From IMG/VR virus record IMGVR_UViG_3300006030_000002, positions 1-61,599 of that record: a stretch of 61,599 bases of DNA. One strand, given 5' to 3'. The notes below the pieces were generated by a model, which was not told the DNA's origin, made no database searches, and saw nothing but the letters and a program-made list of their open reading frames with translations. Shown piece after piece: positions 1-9,876 of this stretch. Source of the DNA: a virus. Taxonomy: Duplodnaviria; Caudoviricetes. The stretch's first letter is position 1. Every line of letters starts with the position of its first letter. The position numbers were made by a program, and so were the translations under genes.

Positions 1-120
1 ATACCGCCACGCGGAGGCCCAACAACACCACCAACTTCACCACGCATTCCACCAAACCCACCATCCATACCGCCACGCGGAGGCCCAACAACACCACCAA
101 CTTCACCACGCATTCCACCA
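1..120. repeat. 66-bp tandem repeat (22-aa unit GGMRGEVGGVVGPPRGGMDGGF), left part
   Basis: Unit 1-66 is repeated at 67-120 (partial), 61495-61560 and 61561-61599. Confidence 0.95.
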
Positions 121-731
121 GCCTCACCAAACCGACCACGAATCCCGCCCATCGGGCCACCGAACGGAGAACCAAGGCCACGGCTGAACCCGCCCATCCC
201 ACCACCATACGGATCAAAGCCGCCTTTCATTCCGCCAAAACCACCACCATACGGATCAAAGCCGCCCATACCACCAAAACCAAACGGAGAACCAAAACCA
301 CCCATACCGCCGTACGGGCTAAATCCACCACCAAAACCGCCGTACGGGTTAAACCCACCACCAAATCCACCAAACGGCGAACCCATGCCCATGCCATAAC
401 CGCCGCCGTACATAGGCATGCCACCACCAAACCCGCCCATACCGCCGCCGTAGCCCATACCGCCGCCATACGGATTAAAACCGTTGGAAGGAGTCTCATA
501 AAAGCTCGGAATAGGATTGGGTTGAAACCCTGTGGATTTAGTTCCATCATCCATCCCACCCATTAAGGGACTGTTGCCCATGAATCGACCTTCACCCTCC
601 CTAATTCCCATCCCACTACCAAGACCACCGGGGCCAAAACCGCCGTTCATGAATTGACCTTCACCCTCCCTAATTCCCATCCCAACCGTGGTGCCCGTTC
701 CTTGCCCGCCACCTTGTCCGCCACCAGCCAT
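1..731 (-). CDS. 5' part of a Gly/Met/Phe/Pro-rich low-complexity virion-region protein; continues across the sequence end into 60798..61560 (~497 aa total)
   Basis: ATG at 731 with AAGGAG RBS. Manual translation (MAGGGQGGGQGTGTTVGMGIREGEGQFM...FNPYGGGMG...GGMRGEVGGVVGPPRGGM) has no stop down to base 1 and is in frame with ORF 60798..61562 if base 1 = 61561. Missed by the ORF track because it runs off the end. Confidence 0.85.
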   Translation of the reverse strand, partial: MAGGGQGGGQGTGTTVGMGIREGEGQFMNGGFGPGGLGSGMGIREGEGRFMGNSPLMGGMDDGTKSTGFQPNPIPSFYETPSNGFNPYGGGMGYGGGMGGFGGGMPMYGGGYGMGMGSPFGGFGGGFNPYGGFGGGFSPYGGMGGFGSPFGFGGMGGFDPYGGGFGGMKGGFDPYGGGMGGFSRGLGSPFGGPMGGIRGRFGEAGGMRGEVGGVVGPPRGGMDGGFGGMRGEVGGVVGPPRGG

Positions 732-745
732 GATAGTTCTCCTTC

Positions 746-1855
746 TTAAGCAGGCATGAACCTGCGGGGGTTAATCTGCCTGCCTTGTTTTTTAGTGCCG
801 GTACGCGCAGAGCGAACCTTATCCATCATCTTGTAAAGCTGCTTGGCACCCGCATCGGTTGAACCGTTACCAAGGTGGGACACCACATCGGCGGGCACAA
901 CAAACTCACCGTCCGCAAGACGCGCAGGACGCTTGTTGGCAATCACGCCGGGAATACTGTCGGACATACCATCGCCCGGACCCTTGAGCATCCGACCACC
1001 ATCCGAGTACGTGCCAAGATCCGAGACACCGCCACGCGCATAAGGCTGCGGGTACATATGCTGCTCACCAACCGCCATGTCATAACCGGGAGGTTTAACA
1101 GAAGCAATTCCGCCGTCAGCGTAGGTAGATGGAAGTTGCCATTGCAGCCCCATCCATGGTTCTTTTTTCTTTGGCTTCTTTGGTTGTTGTGAAGCCGTAA
1201 GCCCAGCGAGCCCCGAAGCAAGCGCAGTCGTTTTGTTCTGCATTACGTATTTGAGCGGATCATCAAACAACGTGGGGGCGCTTGGTGCCCCCAAAACAGA
1301 AGACGCGTCCTTCATAAAGTTGGATACGCCTGTTGGACCCGCGTTAGCCATACCAGAACTAAACGTCGTAGCGGCTGGAGTAGACGCTTGGGAAATGATT
1401 GGGTTAATTGAACCCGGTGCCGCTGCGCTAGGACCAATCTCTGCTCCAAGTTTTGCCAACGACAGTGGATCACCACCCATAATATTGGTAGCAACAGAAG
1501 GCGCAGTAGAACCCGTAGCCGCAAATGGGGCAGTCTTTCCTACAAGTTCTGTTCCTTTAATAATGCTTGGGATGCCTTCGGTAGCTGGAAGCGCAGCACT
1601 GGCAGCACCCGCACCCGCCGTAGCAGCGTTACTTGCCCCAAAAAGTTGAGCCAAACTTTGCCCACCAGCAAGTCCGCTGATACCTGCTCCCAAACCACCA
1701 GTTAACGCTCCACCAAGCGCGGCTTTACCAATATCTGAACCTTTTGCGCCTGTTAGTGCTGCAATACCACCACTAAGAGCGGAACCCATCAATGCGCCTT
1801 GTACCAACGTGCTGGTGCCAAGTGCTGAAAGGAGGGGCAATAAAAATGGAAGCAT
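746..1855 (-). CDS. putative internal virion/ejection-associated protein
   Basis: 369 aa; hydrophobic Gly/Ala N-terminus; C-terminal GPGDGMSDSIP...LADGEFVVPADVV motif typical of phage internal virion and tape-measure-type proteins. Confidence 0.6.
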   Translation of the reverse strand: MLPFLLPLLSALGTSTLVQGALMGSALSGGIAALTGAKGSDIGKAALGGALTGGLGAGISGLAGGQSLAQLFGASNAATAGAGAASAALPATEGIPSIIKGTELVGKTAPFAATGSTAPSVATNIMGGDPLSLAKLGAEIGPSAAAPGSINPIISQASTPAATTFSSGMANAGPTGVSNFMKDASSVLGAPSAPTLFDDPLKYVMQNKTTALASGLAGLTASQQPKKPKKKEPWMGLQWQLPSTYADGGIASVKPPGYDMAVGEQHMYPQPYARGGVSDLGTYSDGGRMLKGPGDGMSDSIPGVIANKRPARLADGEFVVPADVVSHLGNGSTDAGAKQLYKMMDKVRSARTGTKKQGRQINPRRFMPA

Positions 1856-1883
1856 GGTCTACTCCTTCTAACCCAAACTTATT

Positions 1884-3257
1884 TTAGTCTGTCAAGTCGA
1901 TAAAAGCCAGCGTGCCAAGGGCATCCCCGGTGGTAGCGCCAGATACCGTCCGAATGGCAACCGTGTAAATGTCGCTTACCCCCGCCAAAGACACGCCCAA
2001 TTGCAGGTCAAAGTTATACCCGGTGGGGGCCAAAACCGTCGCCCGACCCTGCGCCGAGGACGTTACATACTGCTGCTGGACGATTGTGCCCCCGGACATG
2101 GCGGTTGCCGATACGTCGTAATCCACGTTATTGAACGTGGTGGTGTTCCAAGAAGCAGCCGTTAGGGTAGCGTTTTTAACCAACACAACCTCATAGTTTT
2201 GGTTGGTCGTTGGTACTACTTGGAATTGCTGGGGAAGAACAACCGCCCCCAAAGAACTTGCATTAAGGCGAATAGATACAAGAGGTAGAAAAGTTGTACT
2301 AATTGTAGTTAAAATGCTTGTTCTACGGGCAAACAACTCCGCAGCCGCTTGTTCGTAGCCCCCCTCAGAAATTACTGAGGCGCAAATCTGCTTCATGCTG
2401 GCGCTGCCAGACAGGGTGTTGGTGGCTTTTATCCTGTAGCGAATCGGCAGGATCGCCGTGGTCATGTAAACGCTGGTGATGTCGTTGGCGTTTTCAAATG
2501 TGTGGCAAATAATGTATTGCCCGTTGATTACAAATCCACAACGCACCGAGCCCACACCGAGCCACTCAAAATCCAAAAACAGGATCTGAGCCTTGGAGGT
2601 ATCAAGCGTGAACCCACTCTCCCCCGTACCATCCAGTTTGTCCCCGTTCCAATCAGCCTGATCTACCGTCCGAGCGTCGCTGGGGGTGCCGGTGATATTG
2701 CTGCGCAGCACAAATTGGTTGGTGGTGCCCGTCTTTTGGAAAAACACCCCGTTGTCATCGTTAAAGTATCCAGCTTGCTGGAGCAGGTTGGTTTTGCCTG
2801 CATCCATCACAAACGTCGCCAGCATCAAGAGGCTTTTACCCGGCTGATACGGAAACACCCGATACGTCTGGCGAACTACCTCAGAACCTGAAGTCGTAGT
2901 AACCGCCATTTGCACCGAAGACTCGTTTGGCAGATACGTGCTCGTGCCACCAGTAGCCGTAGACTCATCAAACTGCGGGTCTTTACCGTACCGGTTTTGG
3001 CTATCAAAGAGGGAGAATGGGTTGCTGACGCGCAACCGCCCAAACGCGTCCACCTCCATACCGGGGAACGTAACTGGGATACTGGTTCCGTCTGCCATAA
3101 GTTTTGCCAAAAAGTTGTCTAGCCGGTTGAAATAAAGGCGCAGGATGTTGTTGAATGACTCGTGATACCGAGAGTCGTACTGCACCGGGGCAAGCGGTAG
3201 GTTGGGTGGTGGCACCCGCTCAAGCGTAAACTCGGTCGTGACAATCTTGTTGGTCAT
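1884..3257 (-). CDS. virion structural protein (tail-associated)
   Basis: 457 aa; PPPNLPLAP...LRLYFNRLD N-terminus then a beta-rich DAFGRLRVS domain; directly follows the nozzle-like gene. Confidence 0.55.
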   Translation of the reverse strand: MTNKIVTTEFTLERVPPPNLPLAPVQYDSRYHESFNNILRLYFNRLDNFLAKLMADGTSIPVTFPGMEVDAFGRLRVSNPFSLFDSQNRYGKDPQFDESTATGGTSTYLPNESSVQMAVTTTSGSEVVRQTYRVFPYQPGKSLLMLATFVMDAGKTNLLQQAGYFNDDNGVFFQKTGTTNQFVLRSNITGTPSDARTVDQADWNGDKLDGTGESGFTLDTSKAQILFLDFEWLGVGSVRCGFVINGQYIICHTFENANDITSVYMTTAILPIRYRIKATNTLSGSASMKQICASVISEGGYEQAAAELFARRTSILTTISTTFLPLVSIRLNASSLGAVVLPQQFQVVPTTNQNYEVVLVKNATLTAASWNTTTFNNVDYDVSATAMSGGTIVQQQYVTSSAQGRATVLAPTGYNFDLQLGVSLAGVSDIYTVAIRTVSGATTGDALGTLAFIDLTD

Positions 3258-5572
3258 TAACGCCTGCCGTCAGGACGAATATCGATTCGCGGAGCGCCAA
3301 GCTGCCACGTGGTGCCTACCTGATCAGACGAAATCTTGAAGATCAACTGCCGCCCACGCACGCGCGTGTAGATCTGTCCGGTAAATTCTTCGGTGATGTT
3401 GTAGGTAGAACCCTTTATCACGTCTTGAGAGCCGGGGTAGCCAGTGCCCGAACCTGAGTTCCGCATGGGGTAAAGCGTCATGGATACTTCCGGCGTCGGG
3501 TATGTCACGCTACCAAACGCAGACCCAGCAGGCTCAGACCCAGTAAACGTAAGGTCAGGCAGCACACGCCACACGTAGCCAAAGTTGTGCCCATCGCCAA
3601 TATCAAACTCGGACGAAGATATGTTGGCTTCGATGGCTACCGGCGACCCCGTTTCAAAGTCATCCACGCCGACTTCATGCTGCACGAGGTGGTTGTTGTA
3701 CGTAGCCGCAATCGGATAAGGCAGCAAGCCAGAATCCAGCCAAGCCGTCCGGGCCATCGTGCCGTAGTACCAGATACGTTCCAAGTAGTTATAGATTACG
3801 TACCGGTCAACCGTGTTGCTATTTTCAGAACAGTAGAACCACCAGACTTCGTTGAAGCCCTCGTTGGTACCACAGAAGATTTGCTGGGTCTGGTACTGGT
3901 TGAAGTCGCTGAAAACGAACCGGCGCAAGTCGCAGTTGAGCGTTTGCACACGCCCGTCGTACGCGTAGAACTTGTCTACACCCATCCAGTACACCACGCC
4001 AGAAGCAATGGTGGCAGCGTTCGGGCCGATAATCGATAGGTTGTCCCCCAACAACTGAGACTGCCAAACAAACGGTGGCCCGAGATATTGAAGCGAATAG
4101 AGCGAGGAATCGGTAAAGACTACGATTTCCTGACGGGTTTGCAGCGCCGTGATGATTTCTGAACCATGCGACAACTTGAGGCTACCGGCTTGGTTAGTGG
4201 CAGCAGGCGTCCACGTGAACGGGTCTTCTTGATCAGACCACCGGATAAGCATCGGGTCAATTTCAGTAGATCCGTAGTCGTTCGTGCCAAACACAAGCAC
4301 AAACCGGGAAGCGTCAGAAACGGTTAAGTAGTTTTGGTAAATCGGGGTATCCGCATCCCCAAGATCCACCAAGTTGATCCCACGGGGGGAGATAGAGTGA
4401 GTGCCGGATTGCGTGCCGGTTGTGGTGATGGCAGTGCCGCCACGGGTGGTGGCTAGGTTGAACGTACCCGACGAATAATTCACCACAAAATAAGTAGTAC
4501 CAACGCTCAACCCGGTTGGCAGCGCACCCGTAGTCGTAAGCTGAACCGCCGTGTCATCAGCCAGCACCGCGTTGCCCCCAAGCGTAAACACCCCCGGAGA
4601 GGCAATTGTCACGGTTACGTCGGATGACACCAACCCAATATTTGCGTTCCAGTAATAAACGCCACCACCACGCGGGCCGTAGATCAGGTCTTGCCCAAAG
4701 TTGATCTGATTCCACAGGAGCAGCGGGTCTTGCGTAATGGTGCCAACACCCCACGGGCCAGTACCCCAACCACCCGCACCCCAGCCAACCACCGGAACCT
4801 CAACGTCGCCGCTGGTGTTCACCTGATACTGAGTTACAACCGTGCCGCCATTACCCGTATCAGAGGCGTTTGAATAGGTTGAAGCGTTGATCGTGTACGT
4901 ATTGCCATCCACGTACGTCAGTTGAAACTCATTTTTCAGCACGGTGGCTGTAATGTTGCCGCCAAGGCTGGTGATGCCAGACCCGCTGTAGGTAACAAAG
5001 TCACCATCCACCGCACCATGTGCGCTATCTGTTACCGTAATTGTGTAGCTGCCAACCCCGTCCCCGTTGGAATGCGCAGCAGCCGTAGTGCCGTTGTACC
5101 CACGCGTAAGCCCAGACAGGACGTTGCCAACCTTGTTGGTGTATCGGATGTCTTCTGAATTGATACGTAAAACACCAACCGTAGCGAAATTGGTTGCGGA
5201 GGTAAGCGTGAGCGACGTGGCAGTATCCGAGATGCCGCCGTTCAACGTAGAGTAAGCAGCCTGAAACGGGTTGGTCAGAGTGACCGTGCTACGGATCGGC
5301 GTGATGTCGTAATACAGACCACCGCTCTGAATATAAAACTTAAGGTTGGTGCCGACGCCAATAAGATTCAGGTATGCAAGCGTGATCCAGTTCCAAAGCG
5401 ACCGACACAGCCCCAAGAACGTGTTGGGAGTAAGCAGGTTCCAGCCCCCGATCTTCTCCGGGTTGCCTTGACGGAAACGAACCTTGTCGCACTCATACCA
5501 CCCGCCTTCGGTGGTGTATCGAGTGTTTTCCCGATTTACACCGGGTTTGAATGCAATTTTCTGGAGCGGCAC
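3257..5572 (-). CDS. tail nozzle / DNA-stabilization-like protein (P22 gp10 / T7 gp12 position)
   Basis: GTG at 5572 after GAGGTG; beta-propeller-like segments (IRWSDQEDP, VVFTDSSLY, VYWMGVDKFYAYDG, EVWWFY) with inserted beta domains. Confidence 0.65.
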   Translation of the reverse strand: MPLQKIAFKPGVNRENTRYTTEGGWYECDKVRFRQGNPEKIGGWNLLTPNTFLGLCRSLWNWITLAYLNLIGVGTNLKFYIQSGGLYYDITPIRSTVTLTNPFQAAYSTLNGGISDTATSLTLTSATNFATVGVLRINSEDIRYTNKVGNVLSGLTRGYNGTTAAAHSNGDGVGSYTITVTDSAHGAVDGDFVTYSGSGITSLGGNITATVLKNEFQLTYVDGNTYTINASTYSNASDTGNGGTVVTQYQVNTSGDVEVPVVGWGAGGWGTGPWGVGTITQDPLLLWNQINFGQDLIYGPRGGGVYYWNANIGLVSSDVTVTIASPGVFTLGGNAVLADDTAVQLTTTGALPTGLSVGTTYFVVNYSSGTFNLATTRGGTAITTTGTQSGTHSISPRGINLVDLGDADTPIYQNYLTVSDASRFVLVFGTNDYGSTEIDPMLIRWSDQEDPFTWTPAATNQAGSLKLSHGSEIITALQTRQEIVVFTDSSLYSLQYLGPPFVWQSQLLGDNLSIIGPNAATIASGVVYWMGVDKFYAYDGRVQTLNCDLRRFVFSDFNQYQTQQIFCGTNEGFNEVWWFYCSENSNTVDRYVIYNYLERIWYYGTMARTAWLDSGLLPYPIAATYNNHLVQHEVGVDDFETGSPVAIEANISSSEFDIGDGHNFGYVWRVLPDLTFTGSEPAGSAFGSVTYPTPEVSMTLYPMRNSGSGTGYPGSQDVIKGSTYNITEEFTGQIYTRVRGRQLIFKISSDQVGTTWQLGAPRIDIRPDGRR

Positions 5573-5584
5573 GTCACACCTCAA

Positions 5585-6088
5585 TCAAGACAAGAACAGG
5601 GCAATCTCAGCTTCTCGTCGCCTTACCAACCCCGGCAATACTTTACCCCCACCAATTGTCCACTGCCGGAACGCCTCTGCTGCACCCTCCCAATCCTCCC
5701 TATTAGCACGCATCCGGATCTGGCTGCGTTGAAGATTGCCTAACCCGGCGTTATAGGAAAAACTGACCAAAGCGTCAAAGCTGCCTTGACGCCCAGATAC
5801 GCCGGGAACAAGTCGAAGAACACCACGTTCAAAATTCTGTACGTCAAGTCGGAATAGTTCGTCGATCTCGTTCTTCGTCCAGACACGGTTATCCTCCGGC
5901 TTCAAGGGATACTCTTTACGAATCATGCCGGTATAACCCTCCTTGCGAACCACCGGCAGGTTGATTTGCTGCTGATAAAGCACGTGCCCATAACCGATAG
6001 TCCAGATGTGCGCCGGACACAGGTACGGTTTGCTGCGAAACCCCTCAAACTCGTGCATCAGGGCTTCGCCACGCGGGCTTAATTTCAT
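5585..6088 (-). CDS. endolysin, GH24 phage lysozyme
   Basis: FEGFRSKPYLCPAHIWTIGYGH catalytic loop, FDALVSFSYNAG, GLVRRREAE. Confidence 0.93.
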   Translation of the reverse strand: MKLSPRGEALMHEFEGFRSKPYLCPAHIWTIGYGHVLYQQQINLPVVRKEGYTGMIRKEYPLKPEDNRVWTKNEIDELFRLDVQNFERGVLRLVPGVSGRQGSFDALVSFSYNAGLGNLQRSQIRMRANREDWEGAAEAFRQWTIGGGKVLPGLVRRREAEIALFLS

Positions 6089-6588
6089 TTTTTATTCCAC
6101 TGACGCGACCCAAACCAGAACCCAATTATCCCCCCAAGCATCGCCATCTCGTCGCTGGAGAAAATCAATTCAGAGTACTGAATCACGTCATGAATGCTGC
6201 GGATAAGTTCCGGGTGCTGCCACAGGTAAAACGCCATAAACGCGTTAAGCCCAATCAACTCAAACACAAACAAGTATGTAACCGTAGGACGCACCGTTCC
6301 GACGTAGTTGGCAACCCAGCGGGAAGCCCGCTCAAGCACCTTTTTGTCATGGGCAAGCGCGGCCTCCGTCATCCGAGCATCAGTCTCCATTGCAACCTGT
6401 TCGGTACGGATCTCTTCCATCTTGGCTTGAGCCGCAAACCCAGCAGCCGCCAGTTGCAGTTCCCGTTCGGTCTGCATCTTGACCAACTCAAGTTCGTGCT
6501 TCTGGTCGGCACGAGTTTGAAAATAATCCAGCAGCTTGGGCAAGCCGGAGATAAGAAGACCACCAAGAGTTGAAAGTAGGGAGAGCAT
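6085..6588 (-). CDS. putative holin (3-TM, GTA-holin-like)
   Basis: Hydrophobic N-terminus, coiled segment, VRPTVTY, C-terminal IIGFWFGSR; overlaps the lysozyme start. Confidence 0.7.
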   Translation of the reverse strand: MLSLLSTLGGLLISGLPKLLDYFQTRADQKHELELVKMQTERELQLAAAGFAAQAKMEEIRTEQVAMETDARMTEAALAHDKKVLERASRWVANYVGTVRPTVTYLFVFELIGLNAFMAFYLWQHPELIRSIHDVIQYSELIFSSDEMAMLGGIIGFWFGSRQWNKK

Positions 6589-7016
6589 TATTTTTCCTTT
6601 TTCGCCGTAATGATGTCTTCACCTTTGCGTACAGTGACCTTATCGCCTTCCACATCCACACGCATTGGCAGTTCCTGACGGTCCAGTTTGTCCAACTTCT
6701 CGATCAGGTGCTTGATAACTTCAAACTCAGGCTTTTCCTGCTTGGGAGAGGCACCGGCAATTCCGTTCAACATCGAGATCAACGCCGTAAGAGCGGCACC
6801 CAGCAAGCCCATAACGGCCGCAATCTTGTCAGCTTCAAGGAAGATACTGGCACCCACGCCGATCACGACAATAAGCGTGATATAGGCAAGTCCGTTACGA
6901 CCAATTGCTTTACCAGCTACTTCCTTGGCGCTGCTCTGCGCTTCCAGCCTTCCAAGTTCTGCCTTGACCTGCGCCTTGAAAAACGCAAGTTCGCTGTTGT
7001 CTGCGTCTTTATCCAT
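6588..7016 (-). CDS. 2-TM membrane protein in lysis cassette
   Basis: Two hydrophobic helices; ATG at 7016 directly after the upstream stop. Confidence 0.6.
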   Translation of the reverse strand: MDKDADNSELAFFKAQVKAELGRLEAQSSAKEVAGKAIGRNGLAYITLIVVIGVGASIFLEADKIAAVMGLLGAALTALISMLNGIAGASPKQEKPEFEVIKHLIEKLDKLDRQELPMRVDVEGDKVTVRKGEDIITAKKEK

Positions 7017-7017
7017 A

Positions 7018-7869
7018 TCAGCCCACATTGCCCTTCACCTGCGAAGCGTTGTTACCACCAAGCCAAGTCAGTGAGTTGCCGTTTTGGCGAACTGCGTAGC
7101 CTGCATCACCACCGACACCGGGATTGGTTTGTTGGGTATTTGAAATTCCGGACGTAGACGAACCTGCCGAACCATTTTGACCCCAATCTCCACCCGCACC
7201 GCCATCACTACTTTGACACTGGAACAGACCACCAACAACACCTGAACCTCCGGCACCAGCCCCAGAACTGCTTCCGGCAGAACCGCTTAAACCGGGGTAC
7301 CCGGCACCTCCACTATTAAAATCAGGATCAGCGCTACCTCCGGAACCTCCAGCCGCGTTATTAAATCCACGCCCGCCACCCCCGCCGCCACCGGAAGCAC
7401 GGTAATAAGGAGCATTTCCACTGGCCCACTGGCTCACTGTGTACAGACCGGTCGCGGCAAAACCACCACCGCCACCTCCACCACCGCCAAAGATATAACC
7501 GCCAGTGTTGTCAATTGTTGTGGGTATGGAAAGAGACAGCGCATCACCACCGCTATTACCACCCACACCATCAGTAAAAAATTTAGTAACTACGTTGATA
7601 AAAATGGCGCTACCTCCACTACCACCACCCCCACCTTCCCCGTAGATACCAGCGTTGTTAACTATTTTGCACGTGCTGCCAGACGCCCAGCCGGAGCCTT
7701 GAACAATCCCAGCCTGACAATCGGCATTGACCGTCAGATTCACTTCTACGGGGTTAGCAGGGCTACCAACCGCTACAAACAAATTGTAGGGGGTTATCTG
7801 AGTGGCGGTTAGGTTCACATTAATGACCTGTATGCCACCCCCGGAAAAGAGCATCTGTTGAATGCTCAT
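7018..7869 (-). CDS. glycine-rich receptor-binding adhesin (T-even gp38-like)
   Basis: ATG at 7869 overlaps the upstream TGA; polyglycine tracts (IYGEGGGGG, IFGGGGGGGG, GGDWGQNG, GGDAGYAV...LTW) downstream of a fiber gene. Confidence 0.65.
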   Translation of the reverse strand: MSIQQMLFSGGGIQVINVNLTATQITPYNLFVAVGSPANPVEVNLTVNADCQAGIVQGSGWASGSTCKIVNNAGIYGEGGGGGSGGSAIFINVVTKFFTDGVGGNSGGDALSLSIPTTIDNTGGYIFGGGGGGGGGFAATGLYTVSQWASGNAPYYRASGGGGGGGRGFNNAAGGSGGSADPDFNSGGAGYPGLSGSAGSSSGAGAGGSGVVGGLFQCQSSDGGAGGDWGQNGSAGSSTSGISNTQQTNPGVGGDAGYAVRQNGNSLTWLGGNNASQVKGNVG

Positions 7870-9269
7870 GACAAACCGGCTCCAGAGATCACGAAGGTAT
7901 TGGAAGCAACGCATAGGATTGTGCACACTCCATATTGAGCAAGGGTTCTGTTGCCTGTGCTTGACACCCCAGCAAACCGGAGAGTCGTACCACCCCCCTG
8001 CGTGATTGTCTGGTTAGAACCCGAGTTGTTATAGATCGTGACCGCGTTACCCACAGAAAATACGCCAGACGGCACCGTTACCCCACCTGACGAGATGGAG
8101 ATGTGCTTGCCGTTGTCCGTTGCAACCAGCACGTAGGCAGAGCTTTGGGAGTTCTGGGGGATGCTTCGGACGTTACCAGCCGAGTCAGAAAGCGTGGTGA
8201 ACGTGCCTGCCGCAGCACTGCTACCCCCGATAACCGCACCGTCTACAGTCCCACCGCTAATAGTTACGTTGCTGGCGTTCTGCGTGGACATCGTGCCAAG
8301 GCCGCTAACCGCCGTGTTGGCAATTGCAATGCTGGTGTTTCCAGCCGCAGTCAGACGCCCCTGCGCATCAACCGTAAACGTGCCAACCTGCGTGGCAGAG
8401 CCGTAAGCACCGGGGGTAACTGCCGTATTGGCAAGGCTGATCGTGCCAGTGGTTGTGATCGGACCACCCGTAAGCCCCGTGCCAGTAGCAACACTCGTTA
8501 CCGTCCCTCCACCACCGCCACCACCCGTAGCAGCAATCGTAATCGACCCAGCACCGTTGGTAATCGTGACGTTGGAGCCAGCAGTCAGCGTGGTGCGGGT
8601 AAATCCAGAGCCGTTACCGATATCAATCTCGCCGTTAGCAGGAGAAGCAGTCAGGCCCGTACCCCCATTCGCAATAGGCAGCGTACCCGTCACCCCTGTG
8701 GAAAGAGGCAGGCCAGTCGCATTGGTCAAAGTGCCAGACGAGGGGGTTCCAAGCGCACCACCATTGACTACAAACGCTCCTGCGGAGCCGACGTTAACCC
8801 CCAGCGCCGTAGCAACACCCGTGCCAAGCCCGGTCAGGTTAGAGATATTGGTTGCCGAAGCCGCTACGTAATCGGTCCCGTTGAAGACCACCAAGCCCCG
8901 AGAATTGGCAGAGATGGTAGTGCCTGTCTGCCCAGACGCCTTGACCGTGACCCCGTAGGTGGAATCCGTGTTGATGACGAGGTAGGTCTTGCTGGTGCTG
9001 GGGGCCGTGATGACCTTGGTCGCAGTCAGGGGCCCGACGATCTTCAGGATGTAGTACTGGGCAGTCGTGGAGCCGATGTTGGTTGCGGAGTTGGTGCCCT
9101 GCGTGTTGGTAAGAGTTACTGCACCGTCCCCTGTCAACGTCAACGTGCCAGCAATAGCGATGTCCAGATAGGCAGTAACGGCGTTGTTTACGTCATTGCC
9201 CCACGTGCCAGACTCCGTACCAGTGACGGGCTGACCAAGGGAAAGCAGCGTTGTGTAGTTGACGGTCAT
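7866..9269 (-). CDS. tail fiber protein
   Basis: 467 aa Thr/Gly/Ser-rich with fiber motifs TGTLPIANGGTG, GTVTSVATGTGLTGGPIT, VDAQGRLTAA. Confidence 0.75.
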   Translation of the reverse strand: MTVNYTTLLSLGQPVTGTESGTWGNDVNNAVTAYLDIAIAGTLTLTGDGAVTLTNTQGTNSATNIGSTTAQYYILKIVGPLTATKVITAPSTSKTYLVINTDSTYGVTVKASGQTGTTISANSRGLVVFNGTDYVAASATNISNLTGLGTGVATALGVNVGSAGAFVVNGGALGTPSSGTLTNATGLPLSTGVTGTLPIANGGTGLTASPANGEIDIGNGSGFTRTTLTAGSNVTITNGAGSITIAATGGGGGGGTVTSVATGTGLTGGPITTTGTISLANTAVTPGAYGSATQVGTFTVDAQGRLTAAGNTSIAIANTAVSGLGTMSTQNASNVTISGGTVDGAVIGGSSAAAGTFTTLSDSAGNVRSIPQNSQSSAYVLVATDNGKHISISSGGVTVPSGVFSVGNAVTIYNNSGSNQTITQGGGTTLRFAGVSSTGNRTLAQYGVCTILCVASNTFVISGAGLS

Positions 9270-9281
9270 TTAAAACTCCTT

Positions 9282-9602
9282 CTACGCCTGCCAAGGAAGC
9301 GGAAGTTGCACCACAGGCGGGTTAATTTGATCTTGAATCTGTTCCGATACACAAGCCTCGGCAGCGGTTTTATTTACTCCGTTTGCCCAGCACCAGCCCA
9401 GAACTTGGTCTTGGGTCAGATCAGCGTAGGGGGTAAACGGATCTCCGGGGCTGGGGAAGCTGCAAGTGCCATACACGGAGGCAGAATAATTCTCGTCCAC
9501 ACCGCTACACCGCCAGCCAGCCGTGATGACCACATCCTGAAGGTTGCCCTCTACAGGTTTGCACTGCATCCACTCAATAATCCACGTAAATTGCGTTGCC
9601 AT
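9282..9602 (-). CDS. tail fiber-associated small protein
   Basis: 106 aa ending FTPYADLTQDQVLGW...INPPVVQLPLPW, typical of genes next to fibers. Confidence 0.55.
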   Translation of the reverse strand: MATQFTWIIEWMQCKPVEGNLQDVVITAGWRCSGVDENYSASVYGTCSFPSPGDPFTPYADLTQDQVLGWCWANGVNKTAAEACVSEQIQDQINPPVVQLPLPWQA

Positions 9603-9604
9603 TA

Positions 9605-9868
9605 TTAAATTCCTTTCAGCGCGGCCACTTCGGCCTTAAGTGCTTCAATCTGTGCTTGCTGCTGCGCTAAAACGTCCTGAACACTAGGCTGCGCTTGCTG
9701 CGGGTACGCGGGTGCTGGGCTGTTCAGGAAATTAATGTGGTGTTCAACCAGACCGGGTATCTCGGATTCATCGACGGCGCAAACAACATTAAACTCAATT
9801 TTCTTTCCGTCGAGTTCAGTCTTAATGTGGTAAGACTTATCTGCAAATTGTTCTACTGTGTAGTCCAT
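9605..9868 (-). CDS. hypothetical fiber-associated protein with C-terminal coiled coil
   Basis: 87 aa; GAGGA RBS; QQQAQIEALKAEVAALK end. Confidence 0.55.
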   Translation of the reverse strand: MDYTVEQFADKSYHIKTELDGKKIEFNVVCAVDESEIPGLVEHHINFLNSPAPAYPQQAQPSVQDVLAQQQAQIEALKAEVAALKGI

Positions 9869-9876
9869 TTAATTCC

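Noticed and set aside
227-559. 110-aa minus-strand ORF in the track
   Set aside because: Off-frame shadow of the Gly-rich ORF starting at 731, which has the RBS
2615-2622. Another CACTCTCC/GGAGAGTG 8-mer
   Set aside because: Mid-CDS and not near a start; about this many chance hits are expected in 61 kb
8103-9608. Long plus-strand ORFs opposite structural genes (also 20809..21687, 55197..56099, 57361..58200)
   Set aside because: Antisense shadows of biased-codon genes with no recognisable motifs
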